Positions 18,788-29,202 are shown, counted from the first letter of the stretch. The stretch: 64,000 nt of DNA from an uncultured Candidatus Saccharibacteria bacterium (GCA_964632215.1 CAZWBG010000001.1:46589-110588), one strand, 5' to 3'. Translations and numbers: made by a program. Notes: generated from the sequence alone by a model not told the origin.

Positions 18788-18865
18788 AATTTCAGTTTTA
18801 AAACGTTAGCACTATTGTACCAGATGCCCCCGTTGGCGTCCACTCGTGGTACACTAAGAACAATT

Positions 18866-20158
18866 ATGCGTATTGGTCTATTTTCTGATACTTATTTGCC
18901 GACTCTCAATGGCATTAGTTACGTATTGCAAATTATGCAGCGTCAACTTGAAGAACTCGGGCACGAAGTGTATATTTTTGCGCCCGCTACTAATCTGCGC
19001 GGGAAAGAACCAGGTGATGGCCCGCGGGTTTACCGCTTTCCAGCATTGGAGGGTGTATTTTTTGACGAACAACTAACCAGCGTCTTTTTCCCGCCTGCTG
19101 CACTTCGTAAAATTAAAAAACTTAACCTAGAGGTTATTCACTTCTTCACACCTGGACAGATCGGACTCACTGGTGCTTACGTGGCAATGCGCGAGAATAT
19201 ACCACTTATTAGCCAGTATTCAACTGATCTCTACCGCTATATAGATCAATATCCAAATATTGCCGTGCCTGTTGGTATTGCGCTCGGTATAGCTTTGCCG
19301 TTTATTTTTAAACTGACACCACGTGAGACTGTGAAGTTACTCAACGCCTTTCGTCCAAAATACGGCACAACCAAGTGGCAGCGTGAGGCCGTGGTGCACT
19401 TGCACGTAGTACTTCATGACCACTGCGATGCGGTTATCGCCCTTTCTAGAAAGATGCAACTGCAACTTAATGGTTGGGGTAGTACGGCTCCTACGACACT
19501 TTTGCCTACTGGTGTTGATCCGCTTCCCGAGGCCACGCCAACTGCAATTAAAGACTTTAAGAAAAAGTACGGTATAGCGAAGAACGACAGAGTTATTTTG
19601 TATGCGGGTAGAATTAGCAGAGAGAAAAATCTCGACTTATTACTTGAGGCGTTCACTAAGCACATTGCTCCGAATTATTCCGATGTAAAGCTCTTGTTTG
19701 CGGGAGACTTTGATTACCGCAAAGAATTGGAGCGTAAAGCTAATGATACTGGCTACGGTGAGAGAATTATATTTACAGGCTCTTATATCCGTGAGAAGGC
19801 CGGCATCATTTATGGAGCAGCTGATCTTTTTGCCTTTCCTTCTCTAACTGATACACAGGGCTTAGTAGTGAATGAAGCGGCTGGTGCTGGCCTCCCGCTT
19901 GTTATGTGTGATCCTGATGTATCGGAGTTATTCATTCACGATGAAACTGGCGTCTTAGCTCCAAACAACCCAGCAGATTACGCAGAGGCTCTTATACGAG
20001 TTCTCCAAGACAACAAATTACGCACTTACTTGGGACATAATGCTCAAGAAAAAGCAGCAGATTACAGTGAATTAACTCAAATGGAAAAGTTAGAAAAACT
20101 CTATCAACGCTGCGTTGAGAACCATAAAAAAGTCTCTTTTGCTGGTGGAGACTGGTAG
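18866..20158 (+). CDS. glycosyltransferase family 4 (GT-B)
   Basis: MRIGLFSDTYLPTLNGISY start; FAFPSLTDTQGLVVNEAAGAGLPLV. Trimmed from 18815. Confidence 0.8.
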   Translation: MRIGLFSDTYLPTLNGISYVLQIMQRQLEELGHEVYIFAPATNLRGKEPGDGPRVYRFPALEGVFFDEQLTSVFFPPAALRKIKKLNLEVIHFFTPGQIGLTGAYVAMRENIPLISQYSTDLYRYIDQYPNIAVPVGIALGIALPFIFKLTPRETVKLLNAFRPKYGTTKWQREAVVHLHVVLHDHCDAVIALSRKMQLQLNGWGSTAPTTLLPTGVDPLPEATPTAIKDFKKKYGIAKNDRVILYAGRISREKNLDLLLEAFTKHIAPNYSDVKLLFAGDFDYRKELERKANDTGYGERIIFTGSYIREKAGIIYGAADLFAFPSLTDTQGLVVNEAAGAGLPLVMCDPDVSELFIHDETGVLAPNNPADYAEALIRVLQDNKLRTYLGHNAQEKAADYSELTQMEKLEKLYQRCVENHKKVSFAGGDW

Positions 20159-20167
20159 AGCCTAGGC

Positions 20168-20746
20168 CTAGAGCGCATTCGTTTGAAAGTAGCCTGGCTT
20201 GTCGGTAATTGTACAGACACCCCATAAACCGCGGTTTTGTGCGCGTGCTGCCTGCTGCACAGTCTGGAATTCTTCCATCTTTGTGAAGGGAAATCCAGTT
20301 GTGACAAAACCGTAACCATCTTCTACTAATTTTTTGTTTAGCAGAGTTCCATCTGGTAGATAAATGTACCGCAGTAGTCGTTGGTAGCGATCACGGTTAC
20401 TATTGGTCGGATCAGCCTCTAGCCGAACACGTTGCATGCCAATTGTTTGTTTGGTAAATTCACTGGCATCTTTAGCAAAGCATTGAACGGGCTTGCGCGG
20501 ATCGTTCTTTTCGGGTGTATCAACACCAATAAAACGAATTGTTTCGTGCTTGCCTTGCATATCTACCTGAATCGTATCACCATCGTCAAATTTTATAACT
20601 TCGTACAGTCCTGGAGTAGCCTGCTGAGCTACTTGATGCAGCTTCGTATCTGGAGGCCCCACTACACTGGCGAGTAATGTCAAAATAAGTACAGTCAGTA
20701 GTGCTGATACAAGTTTGATAAGCTTTTTTCGAGTGCGAGCAGACAT
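20168..20746 (-). CDS. secreted thermonuclease (SNase-like)
   Basis: Signal/TM segment; IRFIGVDTPE; RYQRLLRYIYLPDGTLLNKKLVEDGYG. Confidence 0.8.
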   Translation of the reverse strand: MSARTRKKLIKLVSALLTVLILTLLASVVGPPDTKLHQVAQQATPGLYEVIKFDDGDTIQVDMQGKHETIRFIGVDTPEKNDPRKPVQCFAKDASEFTKQTIGMQRVRLEADPTNSNRDRYQRLLRYIYLPDGTLLNKKLVEDGYGFVTTGFPFTKMEEFQTVQQAARAQNRGLWGVCTITDKPGYFQTNAL

Positions 20747-20803
20747 GCAATTAGTATAACTTATGCTTGCTCAGTGTAATTTGTAGTTTGCGGTGAGTAT
20801 CTC

Positions 20804-21028
20804 TTAGTTCGTGGGTGGCTCGACTTCGTCCTGTAGTTTCTGATTTAGCTGGCGCAGTAATTCTTGCAATACGGGAGAGGTTGGTAACTGTGATGTGTCA
20901 TGACTCTTAGCAGCCTCGCTCTCCTGGTCTAAAAGATCCGCAAGATGATACGGCTGAGTGTGAGTCACACGCTTAATATCTTTATTAGGCTCTTCAGGTG
21001 TAGGAAATGGAATAATATTGTTTGCCAT
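20804..21028 (-). CDS. hypothetical small acidic protein
   Basis: 74-aa ORF; no motif recognised. Confidence 0.4.
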   Translation of the reverse strand: MANNIIPFPTPEEPNKDIKRVTHTQPYHLADLLDQESEAAKSHDTSQLPTSPVLQELLRQLNQKLQDEVEPPTN

Positions 21029-21077
21029 GAGCTACTTAGTATAGCTGTTAAGCATAGGCTTGCAAAATTTCGGGTAA

Positions 21078-21647
21078 TTAGTAGTCTATACCTTTGTTAG
21101 CAAGAAATTTATCGTCAAAGTGATGCTTAACCTTGGTCATATTTGTTGCAATATCAGTGAGTGGCACAAGATCTCTCGGGAAATCACGACCAGTTACGCA
21201 GACACTCGTCTTCTCGTGTCGTTTAGTGAGCAGATCTTCAAGATCTTTTTTGTCCAGTAGTCCGTCATGGACGGCATTGTTGATTTCATCGCAGATCACA
21301 ACGTTGTATTCACCGCTAGTAGCTGCTTCGTATGCTGCTTGAAAAGTCTCTCGAGCTGCTTGTTTATGAGATGCGTCTGAAATTGTCGCACTACTGAGCT
21401 TGCCTGCATTATAGAAGCCTTTGCCACCTTTGTAAAAATGGAGTGAATCACCAAAAAGCGGTTCAATTTTATGAATGAAAGTGTGCTCGCCTACCTCCCA
21501 GTGCTTAATGAACTGAATGTAGGCGACCTTCCAGCCACGACCCAAAGCTCGGCACATAAGGCCGATGCTGGCGCTTGTTTTACCCTTACCTTCACCGGTA
21601 TAAACCACAACAACCGATTTTTTTTGTGAGAAATCTTCAAAGGCCAT
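21078..21647 (-). CDS. cob(I)yrinic acid a,c-diamide adenosyltransferase-like (CobA/CobO/BtuR family)
   Basis: VVVYTGEGKGKTSASIGLMCRALGRGWKVAYIQFIKH; LVICDE-like VVICDEINNAV. Start trimmed to ATG 21647. Confidence 0.7.
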   Translation of the reverse strand: MAFEDFSQKKSVVVVYTGEGKGKTSASIGLMCRALGRGWKVAYIQFIKHWEVGEHTFIHKIEPLFGDSLHFYKGGKGFYNAGKLSSATISDASHKQAARETFQAAYEAATSGEYNVVICDEINNAVHDGLLDKKDLEDLLTKRHEKTSVCVTGRDFPRDLVPLTDIATNMTKVKHHFDDKFLANKGIDY

Positions 21648-21663
21648 ATAAGCTATTTTAACA

Positions 21664-22071
21664 CTATACTGCTGAGTTGGCCTGACTAGCTTCAATGGCA
21701 AGTAGGGCTAGAACAACTACACTGCGTCTTGCTCGTATAGCGTTGCCCTTATCAGGATTTTGTAGATTGGACAGTGCTTGGAGGATGGGGTCTGACAGAA
21801 ATATTACATCTACACCCTCATCTATATCTTCGTATGCACTCGTGTTATGAGTCAATGCGAATGCGATGCTTTCATCTGTGGTGGGTGGTAACGGGCGCGT
21901 AATGAGGTCACTAATACCGGAGGTTTGCTGATAAGTATCGATTAAGCCGATGGCTTCCATACCCAGGGCCGCATAGATGGAGACATCAACATCTCTCAGG
22001 GCTGCGACATGCTCCTTATAAGCCTGTTGTTTCGTTTCATCTGCGACGCGAGCTTGTCCACCTAGTGCCAT
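21664..22071 (-). CDS. hypothetical protein
   Basis: 135-aa ORF; no motif recognised. Confidence 0.45.
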   Translation of the reverse strand: MALGGQARVADETKQQAYKEHVAALRDVDVSIYAALGMEAIGLIDTYQQTSGISDLITRPLPPTTDESIAFALTHNTSAYEDIDEGVDVIFLSDPILQALSNLQNPDKGNAIRARRSVVVLALLAIEASQANSAV

Positions 22072-22136
22072 GATGTTATCTCCTTATGATGACAGACTAG
22101 CACACTACTGGTAGCGTAGCTATGATATATATCACA

Positions 22137-22397
22137 CTATATAAGCTTGTGCTTGCGTAGGAGTTCGTCAATTTTTGGTCGGTTATAGCCAATAATTGCT
22201 TCATCACCAATTTCTATAACTGGTACACCCATTTGGTTGGTCTTTTTAACCATAGCTTCGGCTTCTTTAGGGTCCGTCTCAACATCTACCTCTGTATATT
22301 TTAGGTTGATGCTATCGAAGTAGGCTTTTGCCTGGTGGCAGTAGCCACACCATACGGTTGAATAAATCTTTATTGCTGTATCTTTTGTGTCTGCCAT
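22137..22397 (-). CDS. glutaredoxin-like protein
   Basis: CGYC redox motif in YSTVWCGYCHQAKAYF; GVPVIEIG. Confidence 0.8.
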   Translation of the reverse strand: MADTKDTAIKIYSTVWCGYCHQAKAYFDSINLKYTEVDVETDPKEAEAMVKKTNQMGVPVIEIGDEAIIGYNRPKIDELLRKHKLI

Positions 22398-22405
22398 GTA
22401 GTTTT

Positions 22406-22681
22406 CTATCCTTTCGTAAAAATAAGTTTTTGGAGCATAAGTTTTTCCGGGGAATCAGTACTGATTTTATAACATACACGCTGACCCTCTCTTACCCGAT
22501 CAACTAGACCGGCTTCAGCAAGAATCTTCATATGTTGTGAAGCACAGGCGGGTGTGATATTCAGTTCGCTCGCGAGCTGGCTCACGCATATCTCTTTACG
22601 CTCACCAAGTAGCTGGAAAAGGCGAAAACGTGTTTTGTCACCAAGGGCATTAAATGTCTGGGGTAATGTTGTGCTGGTCAT
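22406..22681 (-). CDS. ArsR/SmtB family transcriptional regulator
   Basis: FNALGDKTRFRLFQLLGERKEICVSQLASELNITPACASQHMKIL is a winged-HTH of ArsR type. Confidence 0.8.
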   Translation of the reverse strand: MTSTTLPQTFNALGDKTRFRLFQLLGERKEICVSQLASELNITPACASQHMKILAEAGLVDRVREGQRVCYKISTDSPEKLMLQKLIFTKG

Positions 22682-22736
22682 ACTATAAGTTTAAGTGAAT
22701 ACTTAATATTATGCAAGCTATAGGATGTGAAGAGGG

Positions 22737-23093
22737 CTAGCTTTTGCTACTGAGACCTAGAAGTGTGGTTACGAGTACCAACCCAAAGCCGACCGAGAGT
22801 GCTACGGCAGTATATATACCAGGGCTTTGATAGGTAAAAACACTGAAGATAATCAGAAATACACTTATGACAAGTAATGTTGTTGTAAGTTGCAGTTTAA
22901 AAACATACTGTGCAAACAGGGCTATGAGTAGCACGCCAACCACTAGGGCGCTCCATAAAAAGAGAGGTTGGGCTAGTAGATCACTAAAACGAGAGGCCTT
23001 TACAGCCTCTTCGGCGTGGTCGTGTCCCGCGTGTGCAAGATATGTAAAAATATTCATAATGAGAAGTATATCAAGCTTATACTTGCAAGTCAC
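22737..23093 (-). CDS. small membrane protein with a His-rich N-terminus (AHAGHDHAEEA)
   Basis: 3 TM segments. Downstream of ArsR and glutaredoxin, so possibly metal-related. Start uncertain (GTG 23093 or ATG 23057). Confidence 0.5.
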   Translation of the reverse strand: MTCKYKLDILLIMNIFTYLAHAGHDHAEEAVKASRFSDLLAQPLFLWSALVVGVLLIALFAQYVFKLQLTTTLLVISVFLIIFSVFTYQSPGIYTAVALSVGFGLVLVTTLLGLSSKS

Positions 23094-23310
23094 CCTATTG
23101 CCGCATCAAGTACGCAGTGGCGGGCTGGCTATACGTTTCGGCTACCTTACTTTTGGTAGACTCGTCAGAGCAATCAATATGCTGACGTATAAAGAGGCTG
23201 CTGGCTGCGAAGTTGATCCGGACCTTCCGGACTTCTGCAAACCAGCACCTCTTGGGGCACCCCACCATTCGATCAGACCTTCCGATCAAATGGTTACCTG
23301 GGAGTATCGA

Positions 23311-23589
23311 CTACAGGTTTCGCCAAGCAGTGATGGTGTAATACACCAGCCCACTGGTTATACCCGTCATCATGCCTCCGATAGCCCCGCCGTAGAACCA
23401 TCCTACGTTACCGTAAGAGCTTCCCATGAGGCTCAGTACGATCCCTGCAATAATGCATCCTACGAACGTTACAGCTGCAACTGAGTATCCGAGATGCGCA
23501 GCACGATTCTCTGCACGTTTGAGTGCTTCTTCTCTTGCCCTCTCGGAAAGAGGATTGGCAAAACCTTTGTATACTGTGCGTTCTCTCAT
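23311..23589 (-). CDS. small membrane protein with a glycine-zipper-like segment
   Basis: GGAIGGMMTGITSGL and AAVTFVGCIIAGIVLSLMG. Lies in a GC-richer patch. Confidence 0.45.
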   Translation of the reverse strand: MRERTVYKGFANPLSERAREEALKRAENRAAHLGYSVAAVTFVGCIIAGIVLSLMGSSYGNVGWFYGGAIGGMMTGITSGLVYYTITAWRNL

Positions 23590-23673
23590 CGTTCACTTCC
23601 TTTTAAGAGGGTGGTTTCGAGATGGTCGAGCTCTCTAGCCGATCTAGTCAGGGAGGAATTTCGCGCTGCCAAA

Positions 23674-24006
23674 TCACCGAATCGGTGAGTCGGCGCCCAT
23701 GGTGATGCCTGCTGGGTTGACGCCGAGCTTGAGGCGACCGTAGGCCAGCGAAAGGATGTACTCACGAGCGAAGATCACCTGCAGACCTCTGAGCGTTGTT
23801 CCTTCGGGGATAGTCAGTGACCATCCTTCAGGTACGCGTGCTTCGGCGATGTCAAGGGCGTTCATCAGAAGCTCCTTGTGGCCCGACTCGAGATCCCTGA
23901 GGATCTCGTCGATTACACCGCCAACCTCTCGGCCGACGCTCAGTGCTGTCTCGACGGCACGTTCTGCGATGTCTCCTGCGATTGCAGGAATGGTTTCAGT
24001 TGCCAT
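23674..24006 (-). CDS. hypothetical protein (GC-rich patch)
   Basis: ATG 24006 is preceded by AAGGAGAG with 7-nt spacing. A strong promoter lies upstream. No motif recognised. Confidence 0.55.
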   Translation of the reverse strand: MATETIPAIAGDIAERAVETALSVGREVGGVIDEILRDLESGHKELLMNALDIAEARVPEGWSLTIPEGTTLRGLQVIFAREYILSLAYGRLKLGVNPAGITMGADSPIR

Positions 24007-24082
24007 GATCAAACTCTCCTTAGAAGAGTATTCTCCCAGATTGTGGGGTACGTAGGTCGCAGTGTTGCGATCCTATCTTCTA

Positions 24083-24111
24083 ATTATAGCACAAATAGTA
24101 TACTTAGTCAA
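24083..24111 (-). promoter_or_regulatory. sigma70-like promoter for the 23674..24006 gene
   Basis: Minus strand: TTGACT (plus agtcaa 24106-24111), 17 nt, TATAAT (plus attata 24083-24088), with TGc immediately upstream of the -10. Confidence 0.55.
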
Positions 24112-24278
24112 TATTTATATCTGTAAATTGATGAATTTCGTTTCGCTGCTGGTACAGCTCATCAGAACAGCTTTTGATCTTTAGATCACTCTGTTGACGA
24201 AATGTGGCGAGGGTGGGGGCGCATTCATGCGCTCAGAATTCCGATTGAATTCATACCACCCTGTTCGCCTGGTGACCT

Positions 24279-24752
24279 CTATTCGTCACCTTGGTTGTTG
24301 CTGGCACCAATACCTGCTGACCCAGAGGCCGTTAGGCAGGCACCAGTTCCCTCTTCTACAGATGCTGCGGTCCAGAGACCATATTCATCCGTCGGGTTGA
24401 AAACCCGAGAGGTACAGGCTTGATTACCCTGTACCCAGGTTGCCTCCAAGACTCCTTGCTGGTTGCGATTGACTCGGATCTCTGTGATACCAAGGCCCTG
24501 GAGCTTTGCGTACTCTTGGAGTTCACGTTCGGCGGTACGCCGCTCGAACTCCTCGTATTTAGGCTTCCAGTGGTCATTTGCGTGGCTCTCACCCCAGGCA
24601 AATCCTCCGCTCAGCGCCGCGAAGCCAACTACTCCGACTACCACTGCATATGCCAAGGTACTCAAAGCTTGCTTAACATTGCTCTTACTGATCACTTTGC
24701 CCCCTTGATCGGTTTGAACCTTGCTAGATTGGCGGATATCGATCGAGGTCAT
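24279..24752 (-). CDS. membrane-anchored hypothetical protein (GC-rich patch)
   Basis: TM LAYAVVVGVVGFAAL. ATG 24752 is preceded by GAGGT with 5-nt spacing; the ORF-track start is 24830. Confidence 0.5.
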   Translation of the reverse strand: MTSIDIRQSSKVQTDQGGKVISKSNVKQALSTLAYAVVVGVVGFAALSGGFAWGESHANDHWKPKYEEFERRTAERELQEYAKLQGLGITEIRVNRNQQGVLEATWVQGNQACTSRVFNPTDEYGLWTAASVEEGTGACLTASGSAGIGASNNQGDE

Positions 24753-24992
24753 TGCAGACCTCATTTTATCTAACCTACTTAGTACAGGTATCGATAGTTG
24801 TATAATAAAATAAAATTGCGCATAACACAATAGATTTAATGTTTTGATACTATATCTATTAGATAGTCAATGTTGCGCGGTGACCTCTGAGTTGCTACAC
24901 TATACAACAGATGAGAGTTGCTACAACAAACGCTCGACGCTGTTATGGTGCGCCACATACTTTTATTTGTGGCTTTTTAAAGGTCGCCTCGT

Positions 24993-25835
24993 ATGTATAA
25001 TTCTCTTAACTTTTTCGCCGCTGATCTCCATATCAGCCTCAAGGCTGAGACTATCTTTACAGTTGGTCCGCTACACGTTACAAACTCTATTATTTATGGT
25101 TTTATCTGTGCGGTATTGCTTACAGTCTTAATAATCTTTGCAGCCTCACGGGTTGCATTTCGCCCAACCAAGAGCAAGCTTGGTCAGGGCCTCGAATGGG
25201 TTATGGAATTTATTATTAATTTACTACAAGGTCCACTCGGCGGTCGTAAACTAGCTGCTCGGTATGCACCTATCTTCGGTGCCTTCTTTTTGTTCATCAT
25301 CTTCAACAACTTGATGGGGCTCTTACCAGTAGTTGGCCCAGGTCTCACAGCTCATACAGCCGAGGGTGTCGTACCACTGCTACGTCCTTTTACGGCGGAT
25401 CTTAATGGTACTATCGCGCTAGCCGTGGTGGCCATTTTGGGTGTGCAAGTTATGTCGGTTCGCGAACAAGGCTTTGGTGGACACTTTAAGCACTACTTTA
25501 CGAACAAACCGTGGAACCCGATAAACTTCTTTATTGGTATACTTGAAGTGTTCGGTGAGTTAACACGTATTATTTCACTCTGTTTGCGACTTTTCCTTAA
25601 CACTGCCGTGGGAGAGATCCTAATTGCTGTTTTTACCTCTATGATACTCAGTGGCGGACGTACGCCATTTGCCGTTTTGCCAATCTTCCTGTTTGAGATA
25701 CTTGTAGCCGGTATCCAAGCCTACGTCTTTACTATACTGAGCGCTACATACCTGGGCCTTGCCACTGCCCACTCACAAGATGATCATCACGAAGCCGTTA
25801 CCGTAAAAAAGGTCGAGAGTGCGGCGCGTGTATGA
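24993..25835 (+). CDS. atpB: F0F1 ATP synthase subunit a
   Basis: Multi-TM protein. Conserved Arg region ISLCLRLFLNTAVGE. First gene of the atp operon. Confidence 0.85.
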   Translation: MYNSLNFFAADLHISLKAETIFTVGPLHVTNSIIYGFICAVLLTVLIIFAASRVAFRPTKSKLGQGLEWVMEFIINLLQGPLGGRKLAARYAPIFGAFFLFIIFNNLMGLLPVVGPGLTAHTAEGVVPLLRPFTADLNGTIALAVVAILGVQVMSVREQGFGGHFKHYFTNKPWNPINFFIGILEVFGELTRIISLCLRLFLNTAVGEILIAVFTSMILSGGRTPFAVLPIFLFEILVAGIQAYVFTILSATYLGLATAHSQDDHHEAVTVKKVESAARV

Positions 25836-25878
25836 TACGAATCGTCAAAACTAAGGGAAAAACTAAGGAGAAAAGCGT

Positions 25879-26109
25879 ATGATTCAAATTTTTGCAGAAA
25901 CAGATCCAATTGTATGGAAGAGCATAATGCTCGCGTGTGCGTTTAGTGCAGCGGCTATTGGTCTTGGATGGGTTGGTTCAGGTTATATGAAGGCTTTGGG
26001 ACGTAACCCAGAAGCTGGTAAGGCTGCCGGACAAGTAGTGATTATTGCTGCTATGATTGAAGTAACGGCATTACTTGCCTTCCTACTCGGTGCCTTCCTA
26101 CTCGGCTAA
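25879..26109 (+). CDS. atpE: F0F1 ATP synthase subunit c
   Basis: Two-TM hairpin, loop GRNPEA, carboxylate in AAMIEVTALLAF. Confidence 0.85.
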   Translation: MIQIFAETDPIVWKSIMLACAFSAAAIGLGWVGSGYMKALGRNPEAGKAAGQVVIIAAMIEVTALLAFLLGAFLLG

Positions 26110-26135
26110 TTAGATATATAAGGAGATAAAGAAAC

Positions 26136-26687
26136 GTGGCACTTGTAAACTTACTCACAACTTTCGCATCAACTGGCGGCTCAGAAGAGTCTGCCGGTAT
26201 TGCTGCACTCGGAATTGACCCATGGGCTATAGTAGCTCAGGCTGTCACGTTTCTGATACTTCTGTATTTGCTAAAAAAGTTCGCACTCGACAAGGTGGTA
26301 AAAGTTCTGGAAGATCGTCGAACAGCAATTGATACCAGTCTCGACAAAGCAGAAGATTTGCACAAACAAAATGATGAAGCCCAGGCTAAATTAACGACAC
26401 TACTTAAAGGTGCTCGTAAAGAAGCCGACGAGATTATTCAAAAGAGTCATGTAGAGGCAGGTTCTATTGTGCAAGCGGCAGAAACTTCGGCTCAAGACAA
26501 AGCTACCAAGATTATTGCTGATGGCGAGCTGCGGATTCAGGCAGAGGTAGAAAAGGCTCGAACTTCGCTCAAGAAGGAGACACTAGAACTAGTAGCCCAG
26601 GCTACGAGTATTTTGCTCGAAGAAACGCTTGATGCTGGTAAGAATGAGCAGCTGATTGAAAAAGCTTTAAAGGCCAGTAAATCATGA
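26136..26687 (+). CDS. atpF: F0F1 ATP synthase subunit b
   Basis: One N-terminal TM followed by a long charged helix. GTG start after AAGGAG. Operon position. Confidence 0.75.
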   Translation: MALVNLLTTFASTGGSEESAGIAALGIDPWAIVAQAVTFLILLYLLKKFALDKVVKVLEDRRTAIDTSLDKAEDLHKQNDEAQAKLTTLLKGARKEADEIIQKSHVEAGSIVQAAETSAQDKATKIIADGELRIQAEVEKARTSLKKETLELVAQATSILLEETLDAGKNEQLIEKALKASKS

Positions 26688-27064
26688 GTTTCTCTCGGAC
26701 GCACATCGCTCATGGGTTTGTGACTTTTGCAGATCAGCACGGCACTAAGAAGGCCATAGAGCAATTAGCTGCTCTGGTGCTTGAACAACATTTACACGGT
26801 CAGGTAGAAGAGATTTTGGCTGATATTGAGCAAGAGTACCTTCGGGTACATGGTGTGGCTGAGGCGCATGTGAAGACTGCTTTTAAGCTGAGCGACAAGC
26901 TTAAAACGGAGCTGGGTGATTTGGTAAAGCGAACCATTGACGCTAAGCAGGTAAATATCATAGAAGAGGTAGATCGTTCCTTATTGGGCGGAGTGACAGT
27001 CACTGCACCTGATATGGAGCTTGATTTAAGTCTTAGAACAAAACTGAGTAAACTGAAGGTATAA
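26684..27064 (+). CDS. atpH: F0F1 ATP synthase subunit delta (short form)
   Basis: Position between b and alpha. C-terminal [25 protein letters not shown] resembles the OSCP C-terminus. Only 126 aa. Confidence 0.6.
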   Translation: MSFSRTHIAHGFVTFADQHGTKKAIEQLAALVLEQHLHGQVEEILADIEQEYLRVHGVAEAHVKTAFKLSDKLKTELGDLVKRTIDAKQVNIIEEVDRSLLGGVTVTAPDMELDLSLRTKLSKLKV

Positions 27065-27075
27065 GGAGAAACAGC

Positions 27076-28641
27076 GTGGCAGAAATTTCAATGAAGAACT
27101 TATCGAGCGAACTACGAGCAGCAATTGAAGAGCTCAAACAAGCTGGTACAACCAAGGATACTGGTATCGTGATTCGTATTGGTGATGGTATTGCGTGGAT
27201 CTATGGCCTGAAGAGTGCAGGATACAACGAAATGCTTGATATCGAGGCCACTGACGGTACTCAAATTAGAGCGTTTGCCCTAAACCTTATGGAAGACGAG
27301 ATTGGTGCTGTACTACTCGGTGAAGATATTAAGGTAAAGGCTGGTGCACGTGTGCACCTAACTGGCAAGGTACTAGAAGTACCTGTGGGTCCAGAGTTGA
27401 TTGGCCGAGTAGTGAACCCTTTGGGTCAGCCAATTGACGGTGGTGGTAGCATTAAAACCAAACAAATGGGCTTGGTTGAGCAAACTGCCCCAGGTGTGTT
27501 AGATCGAAAAAGCGTGCATGAGCCACTCATGACTGGTGTGGTTGCGGTTGATGCTTTGGTTCCGATTGGCCGCGGCCAACGAGAGTTGATTATCGGTGAC
27601 CGTCAAACTGGTAAAACTGCTATTGCTGTCGATACGATGATTAACCAGGCGAAGCAGAAAACTGGTGTGATAAACGTCTACGTAGCAATTGGCCAAAAGA
27701 ATGCCAAAATTGCTCGACTTGTAGAGCGTCTTAAGCGTGAGGGCGTGATGGATCAGACGATTATTGTTGCCACCTCTCCATCTGACCCTGCATCACTACA
27801 ATATCTTGCACCATACGCCGGTGCAGCTATGGGTGAATATTTCCGAGACAAAGGCGAGCATGCACTCATTATTTATGATGATTTAACTAAGCACGCCGCT
27901 GCTTACCGCCAAATGTCACTCTTACTCCGTCGTCCACCAGGACGAGAGGCTTACCCAGGGGACGTCTTCTATCTTCATTCTCGCCTATTAGAACGAGCCG
28001 CAAAAATGTCAGATGCAAAAGGTGGCGGCTCACTGACCGCCCTACCTATTATTGAAACCCAGGCTGGTGACGTTTCAGCCTACATCCCAACCAACGTAAT
28101 TTCTATTACTGATGGTCAGATCTTCCTAGAGACTAACTTGTTTTACCAGGGTATTCGTCCAGCTATTTCAGTGGGTATCTCGGTCTCTCGTGTAGGTGGT
28201 GCGGCCCAGACCAAGACCATTAAGTCTGTTTCTGGCGGTATTAAGCTCTCACTTGCCCAGTTCCGTGAGCTGGCAGCTTTTGCGCAGTTTAGTACTGACC
28301 TTGATGCTGACACCAAGCAGCGCATTGAGCGTGGTCAGCGTTTGACGGAGATTCTTAAGCAGCCTCAGTACTCACCTCTTGCGATATGGGAGCAAGCAGC
28401 AACTCTATTGGCTGCTAATGAAGGTGCTCTTGACATTGTGCCGGTTGAGAAGATTAAAGTTGCCCAGAAAGAACTACTCAATCAACTACATTCTGTATAC
28501 AAAAAAGAGATGACCGAACTTGATAAGGGTGATAAAAAAGTTGAAGGCCCTATCCGTGAGCTAATTCTGAAAATTGCCAAAGATGTCGCCTCTGATTTTG
28601 CAGTTTCAGACAAAGAAGCAGACGCTAAGGACGCAAGGTAG
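27076..28641 (+). CDS. atpA: F0F1 ATP synthase subunit alpha
   Basis: Walker [12 protein letters not shown]; [11 protein letters not shown]; [17 protein letters not shown]. Confidence 0.95.
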   Translation: MAEISMKNLSSELRAAIEELKQAGTTKDTGIVIRIGDGIAWIYGLKSAGYNEMLDIEATDGTQIRAFALNLMEDEIGAVLLGEDIKVKAGARVHLTGKVLEVPVGPELIGRVVNPLGQPIDGGGSIKTKQMGLVEQTAPGVLDRKSVHEPLMTGVVAVDALVPIGRGQRELIIGDRQTGKTAIAVDTMINQAKQKTGVINVYVAIGQKNAKIARLVERLKREGVMDQTIIVATSPSDPASLQYLAPYAGAAMGEYFRDKGEHALIIYDDLTKHAAAYRQMSLLLRRPPGREAYPGDVFYLHSRLLERAAKMSDAKGGGSLTALPIIETQAGDVSAYIPTNVISITDGQIFLETNLFYQGIRPAISVGISVSRVGGAAQTKTIKSVSGGIKLSLAQFRELAAFAQFSTDLDADTKQRIERGQRLTEILKQPQYSPLAIWEQAATLLAANEGALDIVPVEKIKVAQKELLNQLHSVYKKEMTELDKGDKKVEGPIRELILKIAKDVASDFAVSDKEADAKDAR

Positions 28642-28650
28642 GACTCCGTT

Positions 28651-29202
28651 ATGGGCGCATATCGAGACGAACAACTTTTTAGACAAATGGATGCTCGGGC
28701 AGCTGGCCACGATGATGGGTACCATCAGGGCATTGCTACTGCAGCAATGAGACTCGGTATTACCCCAGAACTCGTAGAAGATCTTGCTACTAGAGATCTT
28801 CTAATACGAACCGCCCGACTACAAGAGGTTGCCGATGCGGTTGGTGCACTACTACTTGAGGCCGAAGACCGATCCAATATTTTGCGCCGTGGTACTGCTG
28901 CGCAAGTGGCCCTTGATCTGGTCGCCTACCAACTTCCAGTTGAGGCACCTGATGACAGTTGCTATATTAACCACCCTGGCTATAGATTAGAACTTAATGA
29001 GGGTGTAGCAACAGTTGCGTCGGGTGCTACGGGTGGTGGTATGTATGGTTCGTGGCATTTTGAATCTTTATGTCTTTTGAGTCCAGACTGGGTATCCGAA
29101 CATATGCAGTCTCTTGGTATTGAGAGGAGTATGGACTTTTGTGGGCAAGTTGCTGAAGAGATTTGTCTAAGTTTGAGTCAGGAGAGCGAGCAAAATGGCT
29201 AG
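28651..29202 (+). CDS. orphan hypothetical protein inserted between atpA and atpG
   Basis: 183-aa ORF. Starts 9 nt after the atpA stop, with AGGA upstream. Its stop (29200-29202) overlaps the atpG ATG (29195) by 8 nt. About 51% GC over its first 120 nt versus about 43% for the atpA start (hand count). No motif recognised. Confidence 0.6.
   Translation: MGAYRDEQLFRQMDARAAGHDDGYHQGIATAAMRLGITPELVEDLATRDLLIRTARLQEVADAVGALLLEAEDRSNILRRGTAAQVALDLVAYQLPVEAPDDSCYINHPGYRLELNEGVATVASGATGGGMYGSWHFESLCLLSPDWVSEHMQSLGIERSMDFCGQVAEEICLSLSQESEQNG

Noticed and set aside
22867-23484. 205-aa plus-strand ORF
   Set aside because: It runs antisense through the His-rich membrane protein gene and the glycine-zipper ORF. 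It has low-complexity, stop-free GC-rich composition and no SD or promoter.
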